From contig JAQFVV010000007.1 in NCBI GenBank assembly GCA_028023455.1, positions 12,090,001-12,154,000 on the forward strand: DNA of 64,000 bases. The letters are read 5' to 3'. Every line of letters begins with the position of its first letter. Position 1 is the stretch's first letter. Of this stretch, positions 39,655 through 52,156 are shown piece by piece. This DNA comes from Epiperipatus broadwayi (taxonomy: Eukaryota; Animalia; Onychophora). Under the pieces are notes generated by a model that did not search any database, was not told the origin of the DNA, and was given only the letters and a program-made list of their open reading frames with translations. The translations under genes and the position numbers were made by a program.

Positions 39655-39955
39655 ATATATGGGTAAGAGAACAAACAGGTGTTAATGACATCATTGAAAG
39701 AATTAAAAGACTGAAGTGGAATTGGGCTGAACTTATTGCTAGAAGAAAATATATGGCCAATTGAAATCCTAAACTGGATTCTAAGAGATTGTAAAAGACC
39801 CAGAAAGAGACAATATGTGAGATTGATGGATAGAATAAGAAAGTGTGCAGGGGTGATGTGGAGAAGAGAGTTCAGAGAAAATGGATTGTACTTGGAGAGA
39901 CCTATATCCTACAGTGGATTGATAATGGTTGACAATGATGATGATGATGAATTAG
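39655..39955 (+). mobile_element. RTE 3'-end fragment with a (GAT)n tail
   Basis: REQTGVNDIIERIKRLKWNWAE, CKRPRKRQYVRLMD; ends TGGATTGATAATGGTTGACAATGATGATGATGAT. Confidence 0.85.
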
Positions 39956-40657
39956 ATTTCTTCCAAATTTTTAGTCTATTTTTTCAGTCTTTGTCCTGGA
40001 TACTCCACAAGTTTACAGTCACTGATTTAAAGAGATTTAATATATTATTATACTCTTACATTATTTATTATGTAATGATGTTAAGGTGTATCGAAATTTA
40101 TCTACTTAAATGTATTTTAAAATATTCAAACTTGATCTTTTATAAATATATTCAATTAATGATAATAAAACACAATGGTTTGGGTGGTATTTTTTTATTT
40201 TTATGATATTGCTGACTTGAACAGTATCAGATAGCAATGGGTTGAAAGTATAAATAGTTTAAATTTGGTTTCAAAGGCATTTAACATTTCAACTAAAAGA
40301 CTGAATAGTCCAACATAACTATAAATAAAATATCATCAGACACCACCAGACATCCAGCATGAATGGAAATATTTAAAGTAAAAAAAACAAACAGCTCATT
40401 AAGGAGAAATGGAGAATGAAAGTTATTATTCATTAGACTTAACGATTATTGGATTGTAAAAATTTTAATGTTGGGTTTCTATTATTTTATTTTTTAAAAA
40501 AATATTGAATGAGGGTATGGTTAAGTGCAATGTTAGAATTTTAGACTCTGGAGATTAATTAATTGGGTTTCTGCTATGTCACTTCCAGAGTTTGAATTAG
40601 AGGTAAACCATTTTGCAATAAACTATTAAATTATTTTTATTTTTTTACTAACAAAAA

Positions 40658-40729
40658 GCGTTGGTGGACTAGTGGTTAGTATAGCTGCCTTCCAAGCTGC
40701 TAGCCCGGGTTCGCATCCCAGTCAACACA
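40658..40729 (+). pseudogene. tRNA-Gly(TCC) pseudogene
   Basis: GCGTTGGTGG..TAGTGGTTAG.ATAGCTGCCTTCCAAGC...CCGGGTTCG.ATCCC.G.CAAC.CA follows the eukaryotic tRNA-Gly-TCC pattern (72 nt) but has mismatches in the acceptor, anticodon and T stems. Confidence 0.85.
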
Positions 40730-41049
40730 TTTGACACATGAAAAAAAAAAGCTAAATATGTTCTAACTAATCAACAATTGTGTGTCTAGTAAAATTAGAT
40801 TTGATGTGGTTTCCTAAAAAAAAAAATCTTAAACCTATTTGGAGTCTGAAGCAAAAATTAAGATTCTAGTTATATCAAGTTCAAACTTAGATTATGAATA
40901 TGGTAGGCGAATGGAGTAATATTATACATTTTATTAGTGTATTTATGATGTAGCACTAAATGTTGATGCTAGAAAGCATTTCTGTTGGGGAAGGGGAGAA
41001 ATAGCAATGTTAGACTACTGCAATAAATGATCAGATAATTACTACATAT

Positions 41050-41235
41050 CTCAATGCGCATGCGCATACATACATATATACATGCAGATTAGTGTTTAAA
41101 CACACACTTATTTTGCTTTATAGATCTATCAATTGCATGAAATGAGAACTGAAAATTATAAGACATGCTACAAGTTGGCAGATATAAACGGGACGGAAGT
41201 GACTAGTTGTCTTAATTACGAGTCACCGTTTTTTA
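41050..41235. promoter_or_regulatory. Housekeeping-type promoter signature: NRF1 palindrome plus ETS site
   Basis: TGCGCATGCGCA at 41055-41066 (perfect NRF1 consensus) and CGGAAGTG at 41194-41201 among local CpGs. Confidence 0.5.
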
Positions 41236-42445
41236 TTTAGAAATTCTATTTAATGATAATGTAGGAAAAAATCATTATTATTATTGATGCGCTTCCATTC
41301 ATATTATTAATATTTCTTCCTTCCATCAACTATAGTAATTACATAACTAAACTAACCGATGTTATATGATATTCATTTTCTCTACTGAAAGAAACATTAA
41401 CATCATTACTCCTGATTGTATACTGAATGCCCTATAAACCTAGTTTTTCTCTCTTTTATGGATTTAAACTACAGACTCTTCTCTGAGTTCTGTTAATAGA
41501 AGTAGAATGTTGGGATGAGAAGAAGACAGATGGAAAATCTTTTAAATATATCTATTGATTTAATATGTAGCAATTTCTCTGCTATAGAATTTTTTTTTTT
41601 TTTATTGCTGGGGTTAGGCATTTTTCTCTTCTCTTCTTTGATTTGCAGCAAAATTAACAAGTTTATGGCCATTCTGTTTAATTTTTTTTTTAGCGAAGTT
41701 CGACTTAAAGAAATTTTATTGCAATATACAAAGGCTATACAAAATAATGGGAACATTTGTTATATGCATTTATATTTTTGATAAAAGATAAGGGTTTTCA
41801 TCACAGTCAAATAACTATTACAACTAAATTTGGATGTATTTAGAGCTGTTATTTTCCATAATATATTATATGAAGACTTGGCCATTCTATTAATGTAATA
41901 TAATATTTTTATTTATAGATGCTCTGTAAAATTTAAACTTTTAATGACAAAACTATAAAATTAATCAAATTGTTATTCAACTGGTTCGATATGGTACTAT
42001 AATGTTCATTATATGCTTCCTTGAATTGGACATGTGAAATGAATGACCAATGCAATACAATCTAAAATAATGTTTTACAGTAAAGTTGACATGGTTTTTG
42101 AAGAGAGACAGACCTCATTCACTTTATAAAGATTATCTCTGAAACTTTCTAAAGGAATATAATGTTAATTGTTTTTTTTTTTTTGTTTGGAAGATATGAC
42201 AAGAGAATTATATATTTTACAGAGTTATAATTAGACATAATGCTGAAGCATTTCAGGAAGACAAATTTTTTTTAATCAAAGAAATTAGAAAATAACTTTT
42301 CAAAATATGACATAGTCTAATAGACTGTGTTATATATATAAATATATTTATGACTCACAGAAAGATTTTTATATTCATCACAAAACTTATTTACTAGTGT
42401 ATTGCTGATATTTTTTGGTAACATGTAGCATAAAAATTTAGTAAT

Positions 42446-43153
42446 GAATATCTTATAGGATGTTGAGGCAGTTGGATTAAAGCAGCAATAAAAATGTCTT
42501 ATTTATCTGTGTTTAAGAAAGGCAAATTGTTGGTGTTCACTTAGCTAAAGCATTGGTTTCAAAATGTTATGCTAGATCAATAATATCAAGATTGTTATCC
42601 ATATTCTGAAGATGAATGGAAGAAACATGCTAGAACTAATGTTGCATGGGAAATAATATTTGCTGAGGGGTATTAATAGAATTTAAAAGAATAATAGGTA
42701 ATGTCTCTTAAAACCATAGTGGAAGAAATTTTTTTTAAAAATAGTGTAATCTGAAAACTTGTGTTTCTACCAAATCAATCTGTTTAAAGCAGAATTTTTA
42801 AAAAAATGTGTCATGACCTGAAATCAGTTGTGTTGCTTACATAATAATTGATGTTTTTGGATGATCATAACATGTATATGGGCAAACAATTTGTATTTAG
42901 ACTTTTATCAATTGTTAGAAATGTTTATGCCTATGCTAAGGCTGTGAAAATTTTGGCAATCATTTTCTTTTTGATGCATTTATTATCACATCACAGCTGC
43001 AACTTATCAGAATATTTTAGAAGATTAGTACATTTCATTATAAATACATTATTATCAAACTATGAATATTACACTTTTTATGATGCTATTTTCTTAATTA
43101 ACACACTCTATGATATAAAATATTGGTTTGAGGAAATGGTGATAACAGTATGA
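42446..43153 (+). pseudogene. Possible degenerate coding remnant of unknown origin
   Basis: One frame reads protein-like over 236 codons with about 11 stops, fewer than the ~20 expected at this AT content; includes the 101-aa ORF 42848-43153. Confidence 0.25.
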
Positions 43154-43960
43154 ATCAAGTAAAAGTTTATGTAGATCAAATGATATGTATTTATACTGTT
43201 ACTTATTCGGCTTTTCAAATTCCTTTTTTTTTGGTCTTTATTTAAAGAAATATAAAATTAGTATCAATTTATTTTGTTCTATTGCGAAAGAAAAATTATA
43301 ATTAACTTAAAAAAATATGAAGTTGATAAATAATGAAAAGGATATATACAACCCTTCATTCTAATTGAAATTTCTCTCTTCATCGATCATTTTTCCTTGT
43401 TGACTTTGAAAGAAAATTCATTGGATACAAATAATATTGACTATAAAAATTTAAATACTTGTTTCATAATTAAACTTTAATTACTTAAAACTTTTGGCAA
43501 AATATTTTTTTTGTGTCAAATAATAAAAAATGGATTGTAATTAACATAATATTACTGAGCACATGAACATAACAAACAATTGCAACAAAATAAATGACTT
43601 GAATGTAGGTGGAAATGTGGTATTTACAAAAAAAAAAAATGTTTATTTATTGTATAATGACATTCTATATAATAACATTGTTAATGAGAAAACATTTTCA
43701 GTATATACAAACCAAATCTTTCAATTAAATATTTATGGTGAAAGTAGTTTCATGGGTAAAAATATACATTTCAGTATACATGGTTCTCATAGACTAGCAG
43801 TTTGATAGCCCTATTATACAAAATCAACTGATTTATCTATAATTAAGCGTCTGTGTGCAGTTGTTAAAAATTAAGGTTCATATGCTTTATCAACATCTCT
43901 CATAATAAGATTTAAAATGTGTGTGCACACTGCTTAAATGAAACTATTTGTAGAACAACA

Positions 43961-44171
43961 AGATCTAGATACAATGCTCTCAAATCCAAGGCTCATCATT
44001 GATGAAATCCACATGTTAGACAGTAGTCTGGGGATATTGGACAAATAGGCAAGAGTTTTTTATGCACAAACCTTCCTGAATTCATTAATTATGAAGGCTT
44101 GGCACTACTGTATGGAGACTTTGCTACTGTTATTAACAGCTTATGTAAGCATATAGAATAATGACCATGTG
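43961..44171 (-). repeat. Family A fragment (inverted orientation only)
   Basis: TAGTCTGGGGATATTGG...TTATGCACAAACCTTC...GGCACTACTGTATGGAG. Confidence 0.8.
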
Positions 44172-44981
44172 AAAGTCACATACATTATTAAGATAATTTA
44201 CAAACAAGATTTCTAAAAACTCACTTGTAAAAACATGTAAATAATACCCAGCTTTTGATATATAAATACATCAATCTATTTTTTTCAAAAAAAAAGGGGT
44301 TATTATTTATAAGTTCATTAAAATGATTCTTTGGAAATTTCACTTATGAATAATCTTAGTGATGTATATGAACTCATTTTTTCTATGAATGGTTTATATT
44401 CTTAGCTTATATATTTTATGAGCTGTAATGTTACTTATATTCTCATTAAATTCATTAGAATTATTGCTTTAATGCTACAAAATCTTATTTTATTTTGAGT
44501 GCAAGTTGTCTTTAACCCAAAATTTAGATTTAGTCCATATTATTAAAGATATCTCAGATATGGCTTCTATTTTTTTAACTCCTGCAATCATATTTTATTA
44601 ATAGGGTCATTATTTTCATATTAAGATCAGTCAGCTTTTTGTAGCTTGTACTTTTTGTTTTGTAATAAATTGTTTCTTTGTTACAGTTCTATTTATCTGC
44701 ATGCATATACAAATTAATAGAAAAGATTTTAGAGCCAGGAACCTGGTTTAATAATTTATTATATTTAAGATATCTTGTGATTCAAAAATAGTTTTTCAAG
44801 ACTTAGATAAAGATCATTTTTTCTTCAATAATTCTTCATCCAATAACTATGAAAGCAGACATGAATTTTAAGGATAATCAGCTGTTTAACAGTGTTTGTT
44901 TTTTGCTCTTTCTAAAGCTAGAAAAATAACCATTTGCTGATCAAAATTAATTGGTTAATATAAAAATAACTTTATGCTTAC

Positions 44982-44995
44982 TTGGACATCTTCAT
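44982..44995 (-). CDS. Candidate 14-nt micro-exon, phase 1-0 ((Y/D)EDVQ)
   Basis: Acceptor TTATTTCTTTTATGTAG, donor CAA|GTAAGC. Confidence 0.25.
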
Positions 44996-45371
44996 CTACA
45001 TAAAAGAAATAATGTTTTATTTGAATTAGGATACTGAATTGTGGGCACAGCAGATTTATATATCAGTCATCCTTTTACTTAAAATTCAGACTTATGCTTA
45101 CAAAAACTAGCTAGTCATATAATTGTGTCTTTCTAATGAACAATCAATAGCACTATTATTGAATAAAAAATTAAAAAGTATATTTATATCTTTAAGAGAA
45201 ATCATGCTATAAACCTTAGCATCATCAAATCAATGTGTGAATGTGTCCTCTTATTAATTTATTTTAAATATTTATTATAGCAGGCATACATATTTGGTTT
45301 GCTATATCATAACATTTTTACCTTTTTTATATATTTTAACAATACTATTTTTTATCCAACTTTATTCTTAC

Positions 45372-45384
45372 AGTTGTGACTGTC
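45372..45384 (-). CDS. Candidate 13-nt micro-exon, phase 0-1 (DSHN)
   Basis: Acceptor CTTTATTGACTGCAG, donor ACT|GTAAGA; 13+14 nt with 44982-44995 restores the frame. Confidence 0.25.
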
Positions 45385-46559
45385 CTGCAGTCAATAAAGT
45401 TTAATAAAAAATATTATAGTTCAAGTGTATAAGAAAAATTAAAATGGTATATGTTAAATATAGAAATCAATACATAAGAAGAAGAAAATGAAGAGAAAAT
45501 TGTTGGTTTACTATAGTGTTTAGCCATATTTTTTTTAGCTCAAACTCAAATAATGTTGGCATAGTTGTATCATTTTTAGTGTAAAAACTTCTTATGAACT
45601 CCCCCCCCCTCCCAAAAAAAATCATTTTATTATTTTGCCCTGAATTCTTTATTACATTACCAGAATGGTAAATTGTGGAGCTCAGAGTTTATCAAACAAT
45701 GTTACAGCTCTGGATTTTGAACTTTTAATGAATTTCCAAATATTAAACCATCAATTATCTTGTTCTGCATTGTTTCATGCAATAATAGAAAATTTTAATG
45801 TTCAGAGTTTATGGATCAAACTTTTAGATCTGTCATTATATGGATTCCTGGAATTTCATTATTTTAACCTAGATGGTTCAATATTCTGATAAAGTGGCAG
45901 AATCAGGAGCATAAGCTCATCACATCATATCTCTGGCACTTCCAGTCCTTAAACTTTTTATGAATTCTTGGGAAATAAATAATTTGATTATTTTGCCATG
46001 CATGATTTTGTGCCTTGGTAAAATAGCAGACTGTAGACTTCAACATCAGTGGCTCACAATCCAGTTCTGTACTTTTCAGTACTTGAACTTGTAAGTTCTT
46101 GAGCAATGAATCATTGGATTGTTTTTTCTTCTTCTTAAGTTGCTGAAAGGAATATAATTTATTTTCAATAAATCACTATGAGACTTTAATGTAGTTTAAC
46201 ACAATAGTAGAATGATAGATCATGAGCTGAAACTCAACCTGCCATTTGAATGTCATTTGACCTCCAAACAAACTAATTATTTAATTATATGTATATTAAA
46301 AAATTTCATATCACATATTTTTTCAGATAAATTTTCTCTGTTCTGTTTTTCTTTACTCATCATACATATCACTCTAAAACACTGTTTACAAAATAATCAG
46401 GACTTAGAATGTATTTCATTTTATTTTACAAGGATTGCACATGTCCTGAAACATTTGACATCATTAATTCATTGTATATCTATCTACAATAAAACATCAA
46501 TGTAATAATAAATGGTTAATGTAATCCAGATGAAAAAACCACACAGTACTCTAAAATAG

Positions 46560-47560
46560 TTTCCTGTTATTGGCTTTTACTCATTTTACAATGACTGGTG
46601 CTGATTTAGACTAAATACAGCACTCAATGTGCTACTTCATTTTGATGTTACCATAATTTTATCCAAAATGTGAAGACTTCCTGCAGTCAATAACTGAGAC
46701 CGTTAAACACTTATCCAGCATCAAACTGTTGTACGTAGGTATAATTCAGACTTAAGTTATTCTTTTGAATAGCATAGCAACAGTTAAATATCTATGCTTA
46801 GTGGATTTATTACAAAAATAAACATGCTACTGGGAACACTATTAGCTACATATTAATTTTGATAAGATTATTTTGACTGTCTAATGATTATCCATGCTTA
46901 TGAGAATGATTCACAAATAGAATAATGTGAGATGAATTATTGTCATATGGTTGAATGGAAATGAGAGAAGTCATGGTATTACATCATTGCACCATACACT
47001 CTGAATTCTTTATTGTACTAAAAAATTTTGAAAAGAAAAATATTATGTTAATATCAAAGTAAATACTTCCCCATATAGAACCTTGCTGATTATGTCTTCA
47101 CTGAGTCAATCCCAACACAATGATGTGACTGCATATGACAGCAACTCATAAATGATTATAGCCATTCTAATTCCAAGTAAAGAAGATAAAAAAACTGTTC
47201 TAGAAATGAATTTTTTGATAACTATACAAACCAATCTCTTATTCACATATATATCCACATATGTACTGATACATTTATCCATCTATTTTATATTTTGAAA
47301 AGCTGTCTTAAATGTTTCCAGCAGATAAGATTTAATTCTGAAATATATCACTATGTCTATCTATAGCTTTACAATGTATTCTATTGTCTGCCACATCTTC
47401 TCAATAGAACCCATCAACACTGCACTTATATTAATTTGTTTTACTTATCCAATCCAATTATGGTGTGATTTTGCAAACAGCGGACTTTATATTGTCATAA
47501 GTAGCAAATTGAAGAGCATATTGATTGTTTTTACAATATTGTTATTATATTTTTAAAATA
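46560..47560 (-). mobile_element. Possible ancient LINE endonuclease remnant
   Basis: Minus-strand fragments IDIVI, LDKIMVT and SKSAPVIV loosely follow the order of APE motifs; very degraded. Confidence 0.2.
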
Positions 47561-48859
47561 TGGAACATTTGTGAATGAAACTTTTTTAACACATTTATAT
47601 TATGCTGATAGGCTGTCCAAGTTTCACATCCAAACAATAAGATAAGTCAAACAATAGCTTTATTTCTCTATGATGAAATATTCTATCTCTTAAGTTATAA
47701 AAAGTAGCAGCAGCACATTGATGTCTGTGTTTATTTCAGCATTTAATTCTATCTTTCTATTTTAAAAACTGCATTGCAGTAGAATAGCATATTCAGGGTA
47801 TAAAGATTTGGGATTGATTCTCATCTGAGAAACTTAAAACCATCTCACTTTTGACATCTGAATTGAGCTGTAGAACTCAGATCAACATTTATTGTGCATT
47901 ATTGATGCATAATCTCATAAATATTAAACCATGTGGTTATCTTAGGCACTTTGTAAGACCTGGTTTGGCCATATTATTATTGTTTGGCAGGACATTTTTT
48001 TATATATTTTTTCTTCATATTAAAAATTGTTCACTAGTCAAAATATTCTACCACTAAACCAACTACTCACATTGGTTTTTATAATCTCATTGATGTAATA
48101 AATTGTGTTAATTTTGCTTTTATAAAGCAAATATATCTAATTAATAAATTAGTGACAGCAACATTTATTAATACTGCCTTATGTAGTTAAGTGTATTAGT
48201 GAAATGACAGTTTCTGGAACTCAAAGTCAATGGACTATGATTTTAGCTTTCATTTCCACTGCTCAAATTTCTTTTGAACTGCAAAGCAATAAACCATTTG
48301 ATTATGTTATTTATAAGAATACTAATATTTTATGTTTTATATATTTGAGGTCAATGATGGATTCAAAAGCTAAAAGTTTCTTAATCAGTTCACAAAGAAG
48401 TTAATTAAAACAAGGGATTGGCTAGGTTCTTTAAACAGATTGTTATGCTCAATGTGGATGCTCAAACATGCTAAACAACTAATTTGAATATTTTTCAGAT
48501 AGGAACAAAATTACAAGTATTTGTTTTCATTTAATGTTTTAATTATTGCAATATAAAAACTTTGTGTCATTGTAAATGTCAGAGATATAGTTATTACTGT
48601 GATTATCTAAAGTGGATAGTTTCAATATTATGAATTTGATACTTGTAAATCAAAATTCAACCATGTGTAAATATGAGTTTAGTCAATATTTTAAAGTGTT
48701 CTGTTGCTATTATTGAAATGAATTGATGCAAAAAGAATTAGTAAATACAAATAATTAATTGCCAGGGAAGTCATTAGAATTTTGAGCAGGGGGATATAGT
48801 TATAATCTAAGGGCACTGAGCTCCCGAATCTATCACTCTGTCACTACAATAAACCATGT

Positions 48860-49030
48860 AAGATAACAAAAAGTATCAAAAAATTGTGAAAAACCTAGAA
48901 AGAGAGTAAATGCAAGATGGGTGAATGAAGTAAGTCACCAGCATGTTGTGGAGAAGAGAGCATTAGATAAACTGGATTTAACTTGGATATATCTTCATCA
49001 TACAGTGGATTGATAATAAATGAAAATGAT
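48860..49030 (+). mobile_element. RTE 3'-end fragment
   Basis: AAAAACCTAGAAAGAGA...TGTGGAGAAGAGAG...CAGTGGATTGATAAT matches 39810-39930. Confidence 0.65.
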
Positions 49031-49439
49031 ATATATATAAAATATAAATAGGTAAATTAATATTTATTTACATTTTCAGAAGAAATTGGGTTGGGAGTAA
49101 AGAAGGATTATCGTTTAAATCCCCCTCTCCCCAATTTACAGTTCAAATATGCCACTAAACCAAAGATTTTAGATTAGTGATAGTCTACCTATATATATAT
49201 ATATATATATATTCTTTTTAAAATGGGACCATTTATTCCATCATATAATTATCTTCAATATATTCATTTTCTTTATGAATCAAAAAAGTTAATTATATGG
49301 AAGATAATTTATATAATTTATACTATTACCCAACTAAATAAACATATCCACTAACATCATATTCCACAATGATTGGTCCACTACAGGAAAAAACTACAAG
49401 TTTAAAATATTTTTTGTGATTGATAACTTATCTTTTCCA

Positions 49440-49740
49440 GGTCTTCTAAACATATTTTCTTATTTCATTCAACCATCCCACAAATAGTCTCTTTGTAGAT
49501 ATTTTTCCAATTGCTTGAATCAATATTAAGGCTTTAACTATCCATCTATTATCATGTCTTCTAGAAATATGCCCAGACAAGCTCCATTTTAATTGCTTTT
49601 GTGTTTGTAATGATATCTATTCGTTGACCACCCACGTGTTTTGCTTTCAGTTCTTTTTGTTAACCCTACATTCATCTCTCCATATGTTGTCAAAATGCGC
49701 TTCAAAGTCTCTGCATTGATCTTCTGTTATCCAATCATAC
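49440..49740 (-). mobile_element. RTE C-terminal fragment
   Basis: The minus strand reads KWSLSGHISRRHDNRW (compare KWxWAGHIARRxDNRW). Confidence 0.7.
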
Positions 49741-50309
49741 AATTATTATTATTAAAAAAATATTTTGTTTTAAATCTTTAATTTCTCACAAACCTAAATT
49801 TATTAATATTTGCAGAAAAAATATAATAATCTGAATTTCAATTAATTTTTGTAATTAAAATTTATTGAGATTTCGTTACATTAACAAAGAAACAATTACT
49901 GATCTAACTTGAAGCAATTTAATTTACATTAAAATGTTAAATATATATCTATTAGTATCTCTTTGCCATTTTTTTTCTTTTTTTGTATTCTCATTTTAAT
50001 TTTTTGTTATGAGAATAAAATTAATAATGTCATTAATTTTTAGTAATTATTGTTTTTAGTTAGAGAGAAATAAATATTTAGTATTTTAAAAATCTATATT
50101 AAAGTTATTATAATTTAATGAGATTGTTGAAAATAACTCAAACGCAAATGAGTATATATTCAAATGAGTAAGTGTGTGTTTAAACATTTTATATAGTGTA
50201 TTTTTTAAAGCCATAGTGACGATAAAGATAAGCACATGGATGTCTAGATTGCTAGTTTTTTTTTTCTGGTGTTAGAGGAGGGGCGTCATATACCATATTG
50301 ATGAAATTT

Positions 50310-51170
50310 ATTCCAGAACATTTTATATTTATTATGTAATTGGTCATTTGAGATTTAACCTTTTCTTAAAATGAATAGTATTTCTGTAGTGAAATTTTGA
50401 CTACACCATTCTCACGCAAGACATGGACTGGTTTCTTTCCACTTTTAACATCTTGTGGAAGGGTGTATTCATAAACATATAGTGAAAGGCATGTGAAAAA
50501 GGTGTATTATACCCAAAATGAAGATTTCATGGTAAACCAGCACTCATCAGTTGGCCCAGATAACAACCTTTTTTACACGCATCATTATCATTAATCACCA
50601 GGTGTACAATGACTATAGATTAATTGATAATTGTCAAACCTACTGCCCTCATAACTTTTAAACAAATCATTTAATGGAATTATAGTAATATTTTTGTTAG
50701 TCATTTATTAGACTAGACATTATACCTTAATGAATACTATTTCTGTTATGTAATTTTCACTACACCACTCTCAAGAAATATAAGGACTCATTTCTATTAA
50801 CTTTTAATATTTTGTGTAGTGATGGAATCATAAACGTATGACCAAAGACAAAATGTATTAACACCAAAATGCTTAACCAGTACTTATAAGATAGCCAGTA
50901 TCACAAACTTTCACACATACCTTTATATATCCAATTAGTAGACTTTAATTGATAAGTATCAAATTTGCCACCCTTACAACTTTTACACAAACCAATTAAT
51001 GGATGTATATTATGAGCTTTTATTAGTGATTCATTAGACAAAAAATTATCCTCTTAATGAATAATATTTCTGTAGTGTAATTTTCACTGAATCATTCCCA
51101 TGCAAGATAGGGACTGATTATCAGTTTTTAACACATTGTGGAGGTTACATGTTAAATATTATAAAGGTAG
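50310..51170 (+). repeat. Family C diverged tandem array (about 2.5 units of 330-370 bp)
   Basis: ATGAATA.TATTTCTGT..TG.AATTTT.ACT...CCA..C at about 50350, 50729 and 51057; contains the B-like module AAACCAGCACTCATCAGTTGG. Confidence 0.75.
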
Positions 51171-51836
51171 ACAACCATAACTTTTATATTGATAAGTTCA
51201 ACACCTATTTGCCACAGTTTTTTTGTTTGTCAACATAGCATCACAAAAATATACATAAAGAGTACAATTATGAAGGAGCTTTCACTGGTGAAAAAATTAA
51301 AATTCATAAAAAAAATAGTCAAAATCTGTTTCATTTTTACAACATTAATACATATTGATTTTCAATTCTCTACATTACATAAAACCTAAAAAATATGCTC
51401 CATACTAAAAATTTATTTTCAAAACAAGTGGAAACAGAAAAGATATTGGACAGTTTCTAACGTCAGGGCAGTGTTACATCAGTGTAGATAAAAAAATCAA
51501 AACTATGATGACAAAAGATATGAAACCCACATCAAGTTTTTATCAAGTAGTTTAATTTATCCATCAACTGTATAAATAATATTATGTCAAAAACTAAAGT
51601 CTTGTCAATTTAATATCAAAATTTCATTTTCAAAACAAATAGAAGAGAAAAATATATGAAGTTTTTATGACTAAGGGTAATTTCATTAACCAGATCCATT
51701 TAACAAAATATATAAGTATAGAACATCTAAAACAGCTTACATTGAATAAAAGTAAACTTATTTCTATATGATACAGTTTTAATATTTTTAAGTCATAACA
51801 AAAAATTACTACAATCTTCAAATTATAATGTTAAAA

Positions 51837-52156
51837 AAATAAAGACCATTGTTTTCCTGAAGAATTGTGATGATGGTGTTCTAGGGTATTTTTATATTGG
51901 GCTATTTTTATAATCTAATATACGTATTGGATGTCTTTAGAAAAATTTAACTTTATTTAAATACTTCAAATACATTCAACTGTTAGTAATAGCACATCAA
52001 GCAGAAACACTGTGCATATACTAACCTGTTTGATATGCTATTACTAACAGTTGAATGTATTTGAAATATTTAAATAAAGTTAAATTTTTCTACAGCCAAT
52101 CAATATACATATTAAATGGTGGAAATAGCCGAATATAAAAATGCAAATAAAGACCA
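51837..52156. mobile_element. Family D foldback flanked by a 12-bp direct repeat AAATAAAGACCA
   Basis: TAGAAAAATTTAACTTTATTTAAATACTTCAAATACATTCAACTGTTAGTAATAGCA is inverted at 52030-52093; the direct repeat is at 51837-51848 and 52145-52156 (14/15 identical if extended). Confidence 0.85.

Noticed and set aside
45661-46142. AG/GT-bounded 480-nt minus-strand exon
   Set aside because: Stops occur in all three frames, and the segment resembles the dispersed repeat at 600-960.
5790-52156. General G:U-wobble bias in hairpin arms as evidence of selection on RNA structure
   Set aside because: Three hairpins favoured plus-strand wobble, but families A and D did not. The pooled hand count (about 16 versus 11) is not convincing, and arm differences may predate the inversions.
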